64,000 nt of DNA from Alphaproteobacteria bacterium (GTDB lineage Bacteria; Pseudomonadota; Alphaproteobacteria; UBA828), in NCBI GenBank assembly GCA_965221125.1, contig CBDCRW010000003.1:128001-192000 (forward strand), in the 5' to 3' direction. The position numbers and the translations under genes were made by a program. The notes beneath the pieces are model-generated. The model saw nothing but the letters and a program-made list of their open reading frames with translations, searched no databases and was not told the DNA's origin. Below, piece by piece: positions 33,752-43,284 of this stretch; position 1 is the first letter of the stretch; the number at the start of each line of letters is the position of its first letter.

Positions 33752-35281
33752 TCAGTGGTCGTGGCCCTCGTGGCCGCCCAGGGTCACCGTGTATTGCAGG
33801 ATGACCTGGTTGTCCTCCTCGCCGGCCGCGAGCTGCTCCCGGTTGTATTGCAGGCGGATCTGGCCGAAGTCGTCACTGGTCCAGTCACCCATGATGGCGA
33901 GGGCGCTCGGATTGTGGCCGGCTTCCGCTCCGCTCGGCGGTGAGAGTTGCGAATAGCGGGTTCCGATCCGCCATTGGGGCGCGAACTTGTAGACCGCCTG
34001 CGCGTACCAGCCGGCGCTCCTGTCATCGACGGCATGTTCGTGCTCGTCCAGGCCGTCATCGACCTGCCAGAGGTACTCGCCCTGGAGGATCAGCTCGCTC
34101 TGGCCCGCATCGCCCGTGGGCGCCCAGGCGAAGCGCATGTCGATGCCGAAGAGGTCGCGGTCGCCGCTGTAGAGGCCAGCGTACTCGTCCTCGCCCTCGT
34201 GACCGTGTTCGTCCTCGTCGTCGTGGTGCTCGTCCTCGTCGTGGTCGTCCTCGTCGTGGTCGTCCTCGTCGTGATGCTCGTCCTCGTCGTGGTCGTGCTC
34301 GTCCTCGTGCATCTCGTCGTCGTGGTGCTCGTCCTCGTGGTCGTCCATCTCGTGGGCGTGGCCGTGACCGCCACCGTCGCTGTCGACCTGGCCGCTGAGC
34401 AGCGACACGCCAATGCCCCACGACGAGTCGCGGCCCATGTCGCCGCCGATCCGCGCGAAGGCCGAGAGCGCCCGGCGCCCGTTGTCGGAGCCGATGAAGG
34501 GCTGGTCGTCGCCCCGGAACAGACCGCCGCCGATCTCCGTCCGTACGTCGCCGGGCAACGCGAGGGAAACCTGCAAGCCGTCGTCGTTGTACGCACCGTC
34601 CAGGAAGGCCCGGTAGGGCAAGGGCCGGTCGGCGAAGTCGTCTTCGTGCGCATGGCGCTCGTTGAGGTAGCCGAACGACCAGAGCTTGCGGCCCGCCGTC
34701 AGGGTCACCTCCTGGGGCAGCCGGGAGCCCGGCAGGGTCTGGATGTACGCCTCCTCAAGCTCGAGTTCCGTTGCTTCGCCAGGATGCGCACCGACGCCCA
34801 GCACGACAGCGGCGCGCAGCGCATCGCTGACATTGCTCGAAAGACTCAGCTCGCTGTGACCGAGCGAGAATCCCTCGGGCGCACGCTCGCTCTCATGCCC
34901 GAATTCGAACCCGCCGGCGATGTGCGAATCTTCGACCGAATGCGAGGCGAACATGCCCCTCAGCACCGCGCCGATCTGGGGAGCGAACGTCTCCCCATGA
35001 TCGTCGTGCGGGGTCATCGCGTCGTCGTGGCCGTGATCGTCGTGGCCGTGATCGTGCGGATCGGCCGCCTCGCCGGCTCTCCCGGATTGCAGCGCTTCGA
35101 GCTGCTCCTCCAGCGCCCTGATGCGGGCCTCGTATTCCTCCCGCAGCGTCGCAATCTCGACGGCGAGAATGGAAGCCATGGGCGTGTCGCCATCCGATTG
35201 TGCCTCCGCCTGCGGCGCGATCAGCGTCGTCGCAATGGCCGCGGTCGCGGCGGTGGCGGCAATGCCCACGGTGCGTCTCAT
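33752..35281 (-). CDS. Outer-membrane beta-barrel protein with His/Asp/Glu-rich tracts (putative zinc-regulated uptake protein)
   Basis: Signal peptide, coiled coil, GFSLGHSELSL, ELEEAYIQT, FGYLNERHAHEDDFADRP, LQGEYL, GWYAQAVYKF, IRLQYN, ILQYTVTLGGHEGHDH; a long H/D/E tract and a shorter one near the N-terminus. Confidence 0.8.
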   Translation of the reverse strand: MRRTVGIAATAATAAIATTLIAPQAEAQSDGDTPMASILAVEIATLREEYEARIRALEEQLEALQSGRAGEAADPHDHGHDDHGHDDAMTPHDDHGETFAPQIGAVLRGMFASHSVEDSHIAGGFEFGHESERAPEGFSLGHSELSLSSNVSDALRAAVVLGVGAHPGEATELELEEAYIQTLPGSRLPQEVTLTAGRKLWSFGYLNERHAHEDDFADRPLPYRAFLDGAYNDDGLQVSLALPGDVRTEIGGGLFRGDDQPFIGSDNGRRALSAFARIGGDMGRDSSWGIGVSLLSGQVDSDGGGHGHAHEMDDHEDEHHDDEMHEDEHDHDEDEHHDEDDHDEDDHDEDEHHDDEDEHGHEGEDEYAGLYSGDRDLFGIDMRFAWAPTGDAGQSELILQGEYLWQVDDGLDEHEHAVDDRSAGWYAQAVYKFAPQWRIGTRYSQLSPPSGAEAGHNPSALAIMGDWTSDDFGQIRLQYNREQLAAGEEDNQVILQYTVTLGGHEGHDH

Positions 35282-35352
35282 ATCTAGTCCCCCCTCGTCT
35301 GAATGAGCAGCGGCCCGACAGAGCGCCAGTGTTCCGCCGCCGTGTAAGCGTA

Positions 35353-35369
35353 ATGTTACAATATCACAT
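35353..35369. promoter_or_regulatory. Putative Zur (Fur-family) operator
   Basis: ATGTTACAATATCACAT, 2 mismatches from the near-palindromic consensus ATGTTATAATATAACAT. Next to a minus-strand TTGACG -35-like hexamer, about 70 bp upstream of the His-rich gene. Confidence 0.7.
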
Positions 35370-35471
35370 AGCGTCAAGTTATCATATATCCGGAATCGTT
35401 CGCTTCGCTCCGCAAGCTAGGTTCTCGGTGGTGTTAGGGGTGATCTCCGGCGGCGACGGCGCCACCCTTGC

Positions 35472-36128
35472 CTAGTAGGGCGCCCCCGAGAGGGACATCA
35501 TGACGGTCTGCTCGATGTCGGTGATCGCCTGGGCAAGCTCGCGGCCGATCAGGTCCATCTTGCGCAGCTGGTCGATGCGCGGGCGGCACTGCTCCATGTC
35601 CCGGTCGGGGAAGATCTCGCGGAGGATGTCGCACGCGTCCACCAGGCCGATCAGGGCGACGTCGCGGGGATGGGGAATGTCGTCGGAGAACAGGACGTCC
35701 CCGATCCGCAGCTTCACCTCCTGCTCGACGTTGCCGTCGATCGTGGGGTAGCGGCGGGCGCGGAACGCCCACATCACGCGGGCTTCGCGCTGCACGACGA
35801 TGCCGCGGGCGACGAGGCTCTGCAGCGCCTGCTCGCGGATGTTGGGCGCGTCTTCGACCGACAGCACCCTGATCCAGGTCCTCGTATCCGTCGGCGATCC
35901 CTGCGCCGCGATTTTCGCGAGCACGGGATCGACGATGGGACTCCCGGTGGGAGCCCGGTCCGTGATCACGAGGGAGTCGGGGTCGGTATCGATCCGGTTG
36001 GCGAACGCCAGATCCATCAGCACGGCGCCGGCGATGGCGCAGCCGAGGGTGGCCTTCGGAATCGGCACGAACGTGCCGTCCTTGTCGTCCAGCAGAAGGA
36101 GCAGAATCTCTTCGGTGAAGGTCAGCAT
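35472..36128 (-). CDS. GPP34/GOLPH3 (Golgi phosphoprotein 3) family protein
   Basis: MLTFTEEILLLLLDD, AGAVLMDLAFANRID, PTGSPIVD, LVARGIV, RRYP, PRDVALIGLVDAC. Start at ATG 36128; the ORF-track extension to 36974 overlaps the DegT gene. Confidence 0.8.
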   Translation of the reverse strand: MLTFTEEILLLLLDDKDGTFVPIPKATLGCAIAGAVLMDLAFANRIDTDPDSLVITDRAPTGSPIVDPVLAKIAAQGSPTDTRTWIRVLSVEDAPNIREQALQSLVARGIVVQREARVMWAFRARRYPTIDGNVEQEVKLRIGDVLFSDDIPHPRDVALIGLVDACDILREIFPDRDMEQCRPRIDQLRKMDLIGRELAQAITDIEQTVMMSLSGAPY

Positions 36129-36167
36129 GGGTCGCGGTCCCCGACTGTTGCCAGGGACAGCGTAGAG

Positions 36168-36190
36168 CGTTTCCGTATCGTACGGAAACG
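36168..36190. promoter_or_regulatory. Perfect 10-3-10 palindrome upstream of the GPP34 gene (candidate operator)
   Basis: CGTTTCCGTA-tcg-TACGGAAACG, 40 bp upstream of ATG 36128. Confidence 0.5.
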
Positions 36191-36316
36191 TTCTGGGCAT
36201 TTGTCGCTCACGGCAGCCGGCCGTCCTGCGATTCCGCGCGCCCCTCAGAGTCGGACGCGCGCCAGCTCGCGCCGATGACGACCGCGTGTCGCCCCTCCGC
36301 TCCCATGGGCGCTCTG

Positions 36317-37471
36317 TCAGCTTCTGGCGGCATCCCGCACGGCGCGGGCGATCCGCGTCGCCGCCGCCTCGTCGAGGTCGGCGTGCATGGGCAGGCACAG
36401 CACCTGGCGGCAGAGGCGCTCGCTCACCGGCAGCGAGCCGGGGCCCTCGCCCCAGCCCCGATAGGCCGGCTGCAGGTGCATCGGCAGCGGATAGTGGATC
36501 GCGGTCGGGATCGCCTGCGCAGAAAGCACCGCCTGCACCGCGTCCCGGTTCTCCAGGCGGATCGTGTACTGCGCCCACGTGGAGCGCCGCGCCGGCAGCC
36601 GCCCCGGCAACGCGACGACGCCCGCGAGGCCCGCGTCGTACCACCCGGCCACCCGCCCGCGCGCGTCGATCTCCGCATCCAGGGCCGCGAGCTTCACCAG
36701 CAGGACCGCCGCCTGCAGCGTGTCGAAGCGGCTGTTGAGGCCGAGTCGGACGATGTCGTACTTGTCCCCGCCCGTGCCGTGCTGACGGATGGAGCGCCAG
36801 CGGTCCGCCCGCGCCGCATCGTCGGTGAAGAGCGCGCCGCCGTCTCCATAGCAGCCGAGTGGCTTGGCCGGGTAGAAGCTGGTCGTCGTGACCGGCGCGA
36901 GCGCGCCGACGGGCCGCCCGCCGCTCGCCCCGCCGAAGCTCTGCGCCGCATCGTCGATCAGCAGCATCTCCCACCGCGCCGCGATGGGGGCGAGCGCGTC
37001 GTAGTCCGCCGCCTGGCCGAAGAGGTCCGCCGCGATGACCGCGCGCGGCACGAGCCGCCCCTCTTCCGCGACGCGAGCGACCTGCACCGCGAGGTCGGCG
37101 GGGTCGATCATGTAGGTCTCCTCCACCACGTCGACGAAGACCGGCGCAGCCCCGATCAGCGCCACGACCTCCGCCGTCGCGGTGAAGGTGAAGCTCGGGA
37201 TGAAGACGGCATCGCCCGGTCCGATCCCCTCGGCCATCAGCGCGATCTGAAGCGCATCGGTCCCGCTCGCGCAGGTGACCGCGTGAGCGGCGCCGGCGCG
37301 CGCGGCAAGCGCTGCCTCGAGCTCGGCCACCGCCGGCCCCATGACGTAGCGGCCATCCTCGAGGACGCGCGCGATCGCGGCGTCGATATCGGGCTTGAGC
37401 CGCCGGTACTGCGCGCGCAGGTCGATGAAGGCGATGGGCCCGGGGCTGGTGTCGCGATCGGTGGATGACAT
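36317..37471 (-). CDS. DegT/DnrJ/EryC1/StrS family PLP aminotransferase
   Basis: [72 protein letters not shown]. Confidence 0.93.
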   Translation of the reverse strand: MSSTDRDTSPGPIAFIDLRAQYRRLKPDIDAAIARVLEDGRYVMGPAVAELEAALAARAGAAHAVTCASGTDALQIALMAEGIGPGDAVFIPSFTFTATAEVVALIGAAPVFVDVVEETYMIDPADLAVQVARVAEEGRLVPRAVIAADLFGQAADYDALAPIAARWEMLLIDDAAQSFGGASGGRPVGALAPVTTTSFYPAKPLGCYGDGGALFTDDAARADRWRSIRQHGTGGDKYDIVRLGLNSRFDTLQAAVLLVKLAALDAEIDARGRVAGWYDAGLAGVVALPGRLPARRSTWAQYTIRLENRDAVQAVLSAQAIPTAIHYPLPMHLQPAYRGWGEGPGSLPVSERLCRQVLCLPMHADLDEAAATRIARAVRDAARS

Positions 37472-37681
37472 GCTGTTCCAGTTACACGGTTGTCGGGCGC
37501 GCCAAAAAAAGTCGCGGCGGCGGCGCGGTTACGTGGGCGCGGGGCGTTGTCATGCGTGAGGCATCCGGTGGGGAGGGTCCGGCGCACCGCGTTGCATCGG
37601 CACCGGCTTGTCGTTAGCCTTTATATATCACCGCGATACGTCAGGTTCATGGACGAACGGGCAACGAACCGGCGATTTTCC

Positions 37682-39346
37682 ATGGCGACCAGGCTACCCA
37701 TCGGCGACGACGACGCGCAGGCTGCGGCTGCCTCCAAGGCCGCGCGGCTGCGTGCCCTGCTGCGCGCCCCTGCCCTCTCCTTCATCATGGAGGCACACAA
37801 CGGGCTCTCCGCCAAGATCGTGGAGGAGGCCGGGTTCGAGGGCATCTGGGCCTCGGGCCTCTCCATGTCGGCCGCGCTCGGCGTGCGCGACAACAACGAG
37901 GCCTCGTGGACCCAGGTCCTCGAAATGCTGGAGTTCATGGCCGACGCCACCACGGTCCCGATCCTTGTGGACGGCGACACCGGCTACGGCAACTTCAACA
38001 ACGTGCGCCGCCTGGTGCAAAAACTCTGCCAGCGCGGCATCGCCGGGGTCTGCATCGAGGACAAGCTGTTCCCCAAGACCAACTCCTTCATCGGTGAGAA
38101 CCAGCCGCTGGCGGACGTGGAGGAGTTCTGCGGCCGCATCAAGGCCGGCAAGGACAGCCAGAGCGACGACGACTTCCAGATCGTGGCTCGCGTGGAAGCG
38201 CTGATCGCCGGCTGGGGCATGGAGGAAGCGCTGCGCCGGGCCGAGGCCTATCGCGGGGCCGGCGCCGATGCGGTCCTCATCCACTCCAAGAAGGCGACCG
38301 CCGACGAGATCACCGGCTTCTGCGAGGCCTGGGAGGGCCGTGCGCCCGTGGTCATCGTGCCCACCATGTACCACCGCACGCCGACGCAGACATTTCGGGA
38401 CGCCGGCGTCTCCATGGTGATCTGGGCGAACCACAACATGCGGGCCGCGGTCTCCGCCATGCGCCAGGTGAGCAAGGCGATCCGGGAGAGCGAATCGCTC
38501 GTCGAAGTTGAGGACGAGATCACGCCGGTGCGCGAGGTGTTCGCGCTCACGGGCCAGGCGGAGCTTGCGGCGGCCGAGGCGCGCTATCTCGCCGCAGCCG
38601 GCGGTCACAGCGCGATCCTGCTTGCGGCATCGCGCGGCGGCAAGCTCGGCCCGCTCACCGAGCAGCGGCCGAAGTGCATGATCGACGTGCGCGGCGAGCC
38701 GCTGCTGCAGCGCTTGGTGCGGACGCTGAACCGGAGCGGCGTCGGCGCGGTGACCGTGGTGCGCGGCTACCGCAAGGAGGCCATCGACATCCCCGGCATC
38801 GAGGCGGTCGACAACGACCGCTACGACGAGACCGGCGAAGCCGCCTCCCTCGCCTGCGCCAGCGAGCGCCTCCACGGACCCTGCCTGATCTCCTACGGCG
38901 ACATCCTGTTCCGCCGGCACGAGCTGGACGGCCTGCTCGCCGCGGACGGCGACATCGTCACGGTGGTCGATGCGAGGCGCCGGACAGAATCCTCCCGCGC
39001 GCCCGACCGCGCGGTCGACTGGGTGCGCTGCTCCCGCCCCTTCACCGGCGGCTACCTCGACGACGAGCGCGTGACGCTGGAGGCGATCTGGAACGGCACG
39101 GACGGCGCCGAGACCGCCCACGGCGAGTTCATCGGCCTGACGCGGCTGAGCGCCGACGGCGCCGCGCTGGTCCGCTGCGTGCTCGACGCCATGTGCGAGG
39201 ACGGCACCCTCGACCGCGCCGACCTCCCCGACGTCCTCGCCCGCCTCGTCGCCCAGGGCGCTGCCATCGACGTGCTCTACATCAACGGCCACTGGCTCGA
39301 CGTGGACGACGCCTTCGACCTCGCTAGCCTTCGCAACCTGGTGTAG
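37682..39346 (+). CDS. pepM: Phosphoenolpyruvate mutase fused to a nucleotidyltransferase (PntC-like cytidylyltransferase)
   Basis: [24 protein letters not shown], PepM-diagnostic [23 protein letters not shown]-terminal NTP transferase ILLAASRG...RPKCM, VRGY, SYGDILF, GHWLDVD. Confidence 0.93.
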   Translation: MATRLPIGDDDAQAAAASKAARLRALLRAPALSFIMEAHNGLSAKIVEEAGFEGIWASGLSMSAALGVRDNNEASWTQVLEMLEFMADATTVPILVDGDTGYGNFNNVRRLVQKLCQRGIAGVCIEDKLFPKTNSFIGENQPLADVEEFCGRIKAGKDSQSDDDFQIVARVEALIAGWGMEEALRRAEAYRGAGADAVLIHSKKATADEITGFCEAWEGRAPVVIVPTMYHRTPTQTFRDAGVSMVIWANHNMRAAVSAMRQVSKAIRESESLVEVEDEITPVREVFALTGQAELAAAEARYLAAAGGHSAILLAASRGGKLGPLTEQRPKCMIDVRGEPLLQRLVRTLNRSGVGAVTVVRGYRKEAIDIPGIEAVDNDRYDETGEAASLACASERLHGPCLISYGDILFRRHELDGLLAADGDIVTVVDARRRTESSRAPDRAVDWVRCSRPFTGGYLDDERVTLEAIWNGTDGAETAHGEFIGLTRLSADGAALVRCVLDAMCEDGTLDRADLPDVLARLVAQGAAIDVLYINGHWLDVDDAFDLASLRNLV

Positions 39347-39351
39347 CCGCC

Positions 39352-41199
39352 ATGGAAGACCTGCCCCTCTCCGATCCGGATACCATCGTCGTCGGCGGCG
39401 ATCCGATGACGGCCGAAGCGCCGGACTTCGACCCGATGCTGCTCTCGGTGCTCTCCAGCCGCTTCGGCGCCATCCTGCGCGAGATGAGCAACGGCGTGCT
39501 GCGTGCCAGCAAGTCGGGCGTCATCAAGATCGCGCGCGACATGTCCTGCGCCATCCTCACCTACGACCACCGCCTCGTCTGCATCGAGGAGTGCATCCCG
39601 GTGCACGCGGCGGCCATCGACCTCACGACCCGCCCGCTCACCGAGTTCTTCGACGACATCGAGGACGGCGACGCCTTCCTCAACAACTGCCCGTATACGG
39701 GCGTCACGCACCACGCGGACCTCACCATCTGCGTGCCGGTGTTCTTCGGCGGCAAGCCGCTCTTCTGGACCGTCTCGCGCGCCCACCATGCCGATGTCGG
39801 CGCGCCGATCCCGTCGACCTACCTGCCCTACGCCAAGACCATCTACGAGGAGGGGCTGCACTTCCCCGGCGTGCGCGTGGAACGCGGCTACAAGGAGCTC
39901 CGCGACATCATCCGCATGGCGAAGATGAAGGTGCGGGTGCCGGATCTCTGGTACGGCGACTACCTCGCGCAGGTGGGCGCCTGCCGCACCGCCGAGCGGC
40001 GCATCAAGGAGCTGGTGGAGAAGTACGGGCCGGAGACCATCGCCCGGTTCGTCGAGGCCTGGATGGCCTACGGCGAACGCCGCGCCGCCGCCGCCATCCG
40101 GACGCTGCCGGAAGGCTCGTGGTCGTACGAGAACCGCCACGACCCGTTGCCGGGCGTCGCCGACGAGGGCATCCCGGTCCGCGCGCGGGTCACAGTCGAC
40201 CCCGGCGAGGCGACCATCACGGTGGACGTGCGCGACAACATCGACTGCATCCCCGGCGGGCTCAACCTGAGCGAGACCTGCGCCATCGCCGCCTGCCGCG
40301 CCGGCGTCTTCTACAACATCGACCACACCATCCCGCACAACGAGGGCAGCGCGCGGCGCATCCGCGTGCTGCTGCGGGATGGCTGCATCGTCGGCCGGCC
40401 GCGCTATCCCGTCGGCACCTCGGTCGCCACCACCAATGTCACCGACCGGCTGGTGAACGCGGTCTCCTGCTGCTTCGCGCAGATCGGGCCGACGCACGGC
40501 ATGGCGGAAGGCGGCTACCAGCAGGCGCTGGGCCTCGCAGTGATTTCCGGCGAAGACCCGCGCCGCGACGGCCAGACCTACGTCAACCAGATGTTCATCG
40601 GCTTCGGCGGCGGGCCGGGGCTGCCGGGGCACGACGGCTGGGTCACGTATGGCGGGCCGGTGGACGGCGGCATGCAGATCCTCTCGCCCACCGAGGTCGA
40701 CGAGAGCATGTTCCCCATCCACTTCGAGTGCCGGGAGCTTGCCATCGACACGCTCGGCCACGGCGAGTGGGACGGCGCGCCGGGCACGCTCGCCGTCTAC
40801 GGCCCCACCGCCGGCGAGATGACCGCCGTCTACTGCAGCGACGGCGACACCTATCCGTCCAAGGGCGTGCGCGGCGGCGGCGACGGCGCGCCCTCGGTCA
40901 ACCAGAAGCGCAGGCCCGACGGCACGCTCGCCACCCTCCCCTCCTTCCACGAGGAACGCTGCGCCCCCGGCGAGATGTTCCGCTTCGTCACCACGGCCGG
41001 CGGCGGCTACGGCGATCCTGCGCGGCGCGAGCCCGCGGCGGTCGCACGCGCGGTCGACAACGGCTGGCTCAGCCCGGAGAAGGCCGAAGAGGTCTACGCC
41101 GTGGCGCTCCGTCTCGCCGACGACGGCATCCGCCACGAGGTCGACGGCACGGAGACCGCGCGCCTCCGCCAGGCGCAGAACGGCGGGGCCGGCAGCTAG
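39352..41199 (+). CDS. Hydantoinase B/oxoprolinase family subunit
   Basis: SGVIKIARDMSCA, NNCPYTGVTHHAD, AHHADVG, IYEEGL, AGGGYGDP. Start may instead be ATG 39406. Confidence 0.9.
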   Translation: MEDLPLSDPDTIVVGGDPMTAEAPDFDPMLLSVLSSRFGAILREMSNGVLRASKSGVIKIARDMSCAILTYDHRLVCIEECIPVHAAAIDLTTRPLTEFFDDIEDGDAFLNNCPYTGVTHHADLTICVPVFFGGKPLFWTVSRAHHADVGAPIPSTYLPYAKTIYEEGLHFPGVRVERGYKELRDIIRMAKMKVRVPDLWYGDYLAQVGACRTAERRIKELVEKYGPETIARFVEAWMAYGERRAAAAIRTLPEGSWSYENRHDPLPGVADEGIPVRARVTVDPGEATITVDVRDNIDCIPGGLNLSETCAIAACRAGVFYNIDHTIPHNEGSARRIRVLLRDGCIVGRPRYPVGTSVATTNVTDRLVNAVSCCFAQIGPTHGMAEGGYQQALGLAVISGEDPRRDGQTYVNQMFIGFGGGPGLPGHDGWVTYGGPVDGGMQILSPTEVDESMFPIHFECRELAIDTLGHGEWDGAPGTLAVYGPTAGEMTAVYCSDGDTYPSKGVRGGGDGAPSVNQKRRPDGTLATLPSFHEERCAPGEMFRFVTTAGGGYGDPARREPAAVARAVDNGWLSPEKAEEVYAVALRLADDGIRHEVDGTETARLRQAQNGGAGS

Positions 41200-43278
41200 A
41201 TGGCCGAGGCTCCGCCGCCCGGCGACTTCCGGGTCTGTATCGATATCGGCGGCACGTTTACCGACTGCGTCGTCTCGGACGCGGACCAGCGCCTGCGTAT
41301 CTTCAAGACCCCGTCGACGCCCGCCGCGTTCGAGCTCGGCTTCATGAACGCGCTGAAGCTCGCGGCGGACGGCTACGGGCTGCCGCTCCCCGATTTCATG
41401 GCGCGCGTGGCCCGCATCGTCCACGGCACGACGGTCTCCACCAACGCGCTGCTGGAGGAGAAGCACGCGCCGGTCGGCCTGATCTGCACCCACGGCTTCC
41501 GCGACATCCTCACGCTGCGCGAGGCGCCGCGGAAGCCGCCCTTCCACTGGCGCCTCGCCTACCCCGAGCCCTTCGTGCCCCGCATCAGGACGCGCGGCGT
41601 GCGCGGGCGGATCGACGCCACCGGCGCGGAGCACACGCCGCTGGAAGAGGACGACGTGCGCGCGGCGGTCGAGGACTTTCGCAAGCTCGGCGTCGAGGCC
41701 GTCGCCGTCTGCCTGCTCTGGTCGGTGGTGAACGGCAACCACGAGCGGCGCGTCGGCGAGATCGTGCGCGAGGCCTGGCCCGAGGTCCCGGTCACGCTCA
41801 GCCACCGCCTCAATCCCATCGCCCGCGAGTATCGCCGCGCCGTCTCCGCCGCCATCGACGCCGCGCTCAGGCCGGTGGTGAGCGCCTACGTCCACGCGCT
41901 CGACCGGGGCCTGCGCAAGAGCGGCTACGGCAACGAGCTGATGATCGCCAATTGCCTGGGCGGGATGATGCCGCCGGACGAAATCGCCGAGCGGCCGATC
42001 TACAGCGTGATGTCGGGGCCGACGCTTGCGCCGGTCGCGGCAAAGCGGCTCGCGGATGCGCCCGATCTCGTGGTCGTCGACATGGGCGGCACCTCCTTCG
42101 ACGTCTCCGCCGTGCGCGACGGCCAGCTCGTCATCTCGCCCGAGGCGATGCTGACCGAGTTCGACATGCTGGGCATCCCCAAGGTGGACGTGCGCTCCGT
42201 GGGCGCGGGCGGCGGCTCGATCGCGCACGTGGACGCCGGCGGGCTGCTGCGCGTGGGGCCCGAGAGCGCCGGCGCGGACCCCGGCCCAGCCTGCTACGGC
42301 CTCGGCGGCATGCGGCCGACCGTCACCGACGCCGACGTGGTGCTCGGCATCATCGATCCCGACTACTTCCTCGGCGGCCGGATGCACCTCGACAGGGAAG
42401 CGGCGGAGCACGCGGTCGGCACCATCGCCGATGCGCTCGGCATCGGGCTTGCGGCTGCGGCCCGCGCCATCGCGAGTGCGGTCGATCACACCATGATCGC
42501 CGCCATCGAGGACATCACCGTGCAGGAGGGGATCGACCCGCGCGAGAGCTACTTCGTCGCCGGCGGCGGCGCCACCGCCGTGCACATGGGGCAGATGGCG
42601 CGCGTGCTCGGCATCAAGGGCTACATGGTGCCGAAATTCTCGGCGGGGCTCAGCGCTTTCGGCGGCCTCATCTCCGACATCGTGTGGGAGGAGACGGCGA
42701 CGCTGGTGACCGACGCCGCCCGCTTCGACGTGGACGGCGTCAATGGCTTGCTCGGCCAACTGGAGGAGCGCGGCCGCGCTTTCCTCGCGCGCGCAGGCAT
42801 CGCCGAGGCCGACCAGCGCTTCGAGTACGCCTATCTCGGCCGCTACCAGTACCAGTCATGGGAGATCGAAGTGCCGTTCGCTGCGGCGGACGGCGCCCTT
42901 GCGGCGAGCGACGTGGCCGGGCTCGCCGACGGCTTCCACCGGATGCACGAGCGCATCTACACCATCAAGAACGAGAACGACCTCGTCGAGTTCACCACCT
43001 GGAAGGTCCGCGCCATCGGGCCCGCGGCGGCCGACCTCGCGCCTGCGGAAGGCGCGGCGGCCGCGCAGGACGCGAAGCCCCACGGCACGCGCCTGATTCA
43101 CCTGCCCGGCCGGGGCGCGCCCGAGATTGTGCCGGTCTACCGCGGCGACGACCTCGCGCCCGGCGCCCGCATCGCGGGCCCGGCAATCGTCGAGGAAGCG
43201 ACCACCACCGTCCTCGTGCCGGAAGACGCCGAAGCCCTGACTGACCCCCTCGGCAACTACCGCGTGACGCTGGAATAA
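41200..43278 (+). CDS. Hydantoinase A/oxoprolinase family subunit
   Basis: IDIGGTFTD, HGTTVSTNALL, SGPTLA, DMGGTSFD, VGAGGGS, GPESAGADPGPACYG, GPAIVEEATTT; starts 1 bp after the upstream stop. Confidence 0.92.
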   Translation: MAEAPPPGDFRVCIDIGGTFTDCVVSDADQRLRIFKTPSTPAAFELGFMNALKLAADGYGLPLPDFMARVARIVHGTTVSTNALLEEKHAPVGLICTHGFRDILTLREAPRKPPFHWRLAYPEPFVPRIRTRGVRGRIDATGAEHTPLEEDDVRAAVEDFRKLGVEAVAVCLLWSVVNGNHERRVGEIVREAWPEVPVTLSHRLNPIAREYRRAVSAAIDAALRPVVSAYVHALDRGLRKSGYGNELMIANCLGGMMPPDEIAERPIYSVMSGPTLAPVAAKRLADAPDLVVVDMGGTSFDVSAVRDGQLVISPEAMLTEFDMLGIPKVDVRSVGAGGGSIAHVDAGGLLRVGPESAGADPGPACYGLGGMRPTVTDADVVLGIIDPDYFLGGRMHLDREAAEHAVGTIADALGIGLAAAARAIASAVDHTMIAAIEDITVQEGIDPRESYFVAGGGATAVHMGQMARVLGIKGYMVPKFSAGLSAFGGLISDIVWEETATLVTDAARFDVDGVNGLLGQLEERGRAFLARAGIAEADQRFEYAYLGRYQYQSWEIEVPFAAADGALAASDVAGLADGFHRMHERIYTIKNENDLVEFTTWKVRAIGPAAADLAPAEGAAAAQDAKPHGTRLIHLPGRGAPEIVPVYRGDDLAPGARIAGPAIVEEATTTVLVPEDAEALTDPLGNYRVTLE

Positions 43279-43284
43279 CCGAAC

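Noticed and set aside
34184-34370. Non-coding microsatellite or repeat array
   Set aside because: The repeats are in frame and encode the His/Asp/Glu tract of the outer-membrane protein.
35472-36974. 500-aa ORF as a DegT-GPP34 fusion or frameshift
   Set aside because: The DegT gene is complete with its own stop at 36317; the extension is off-frame readthrough.
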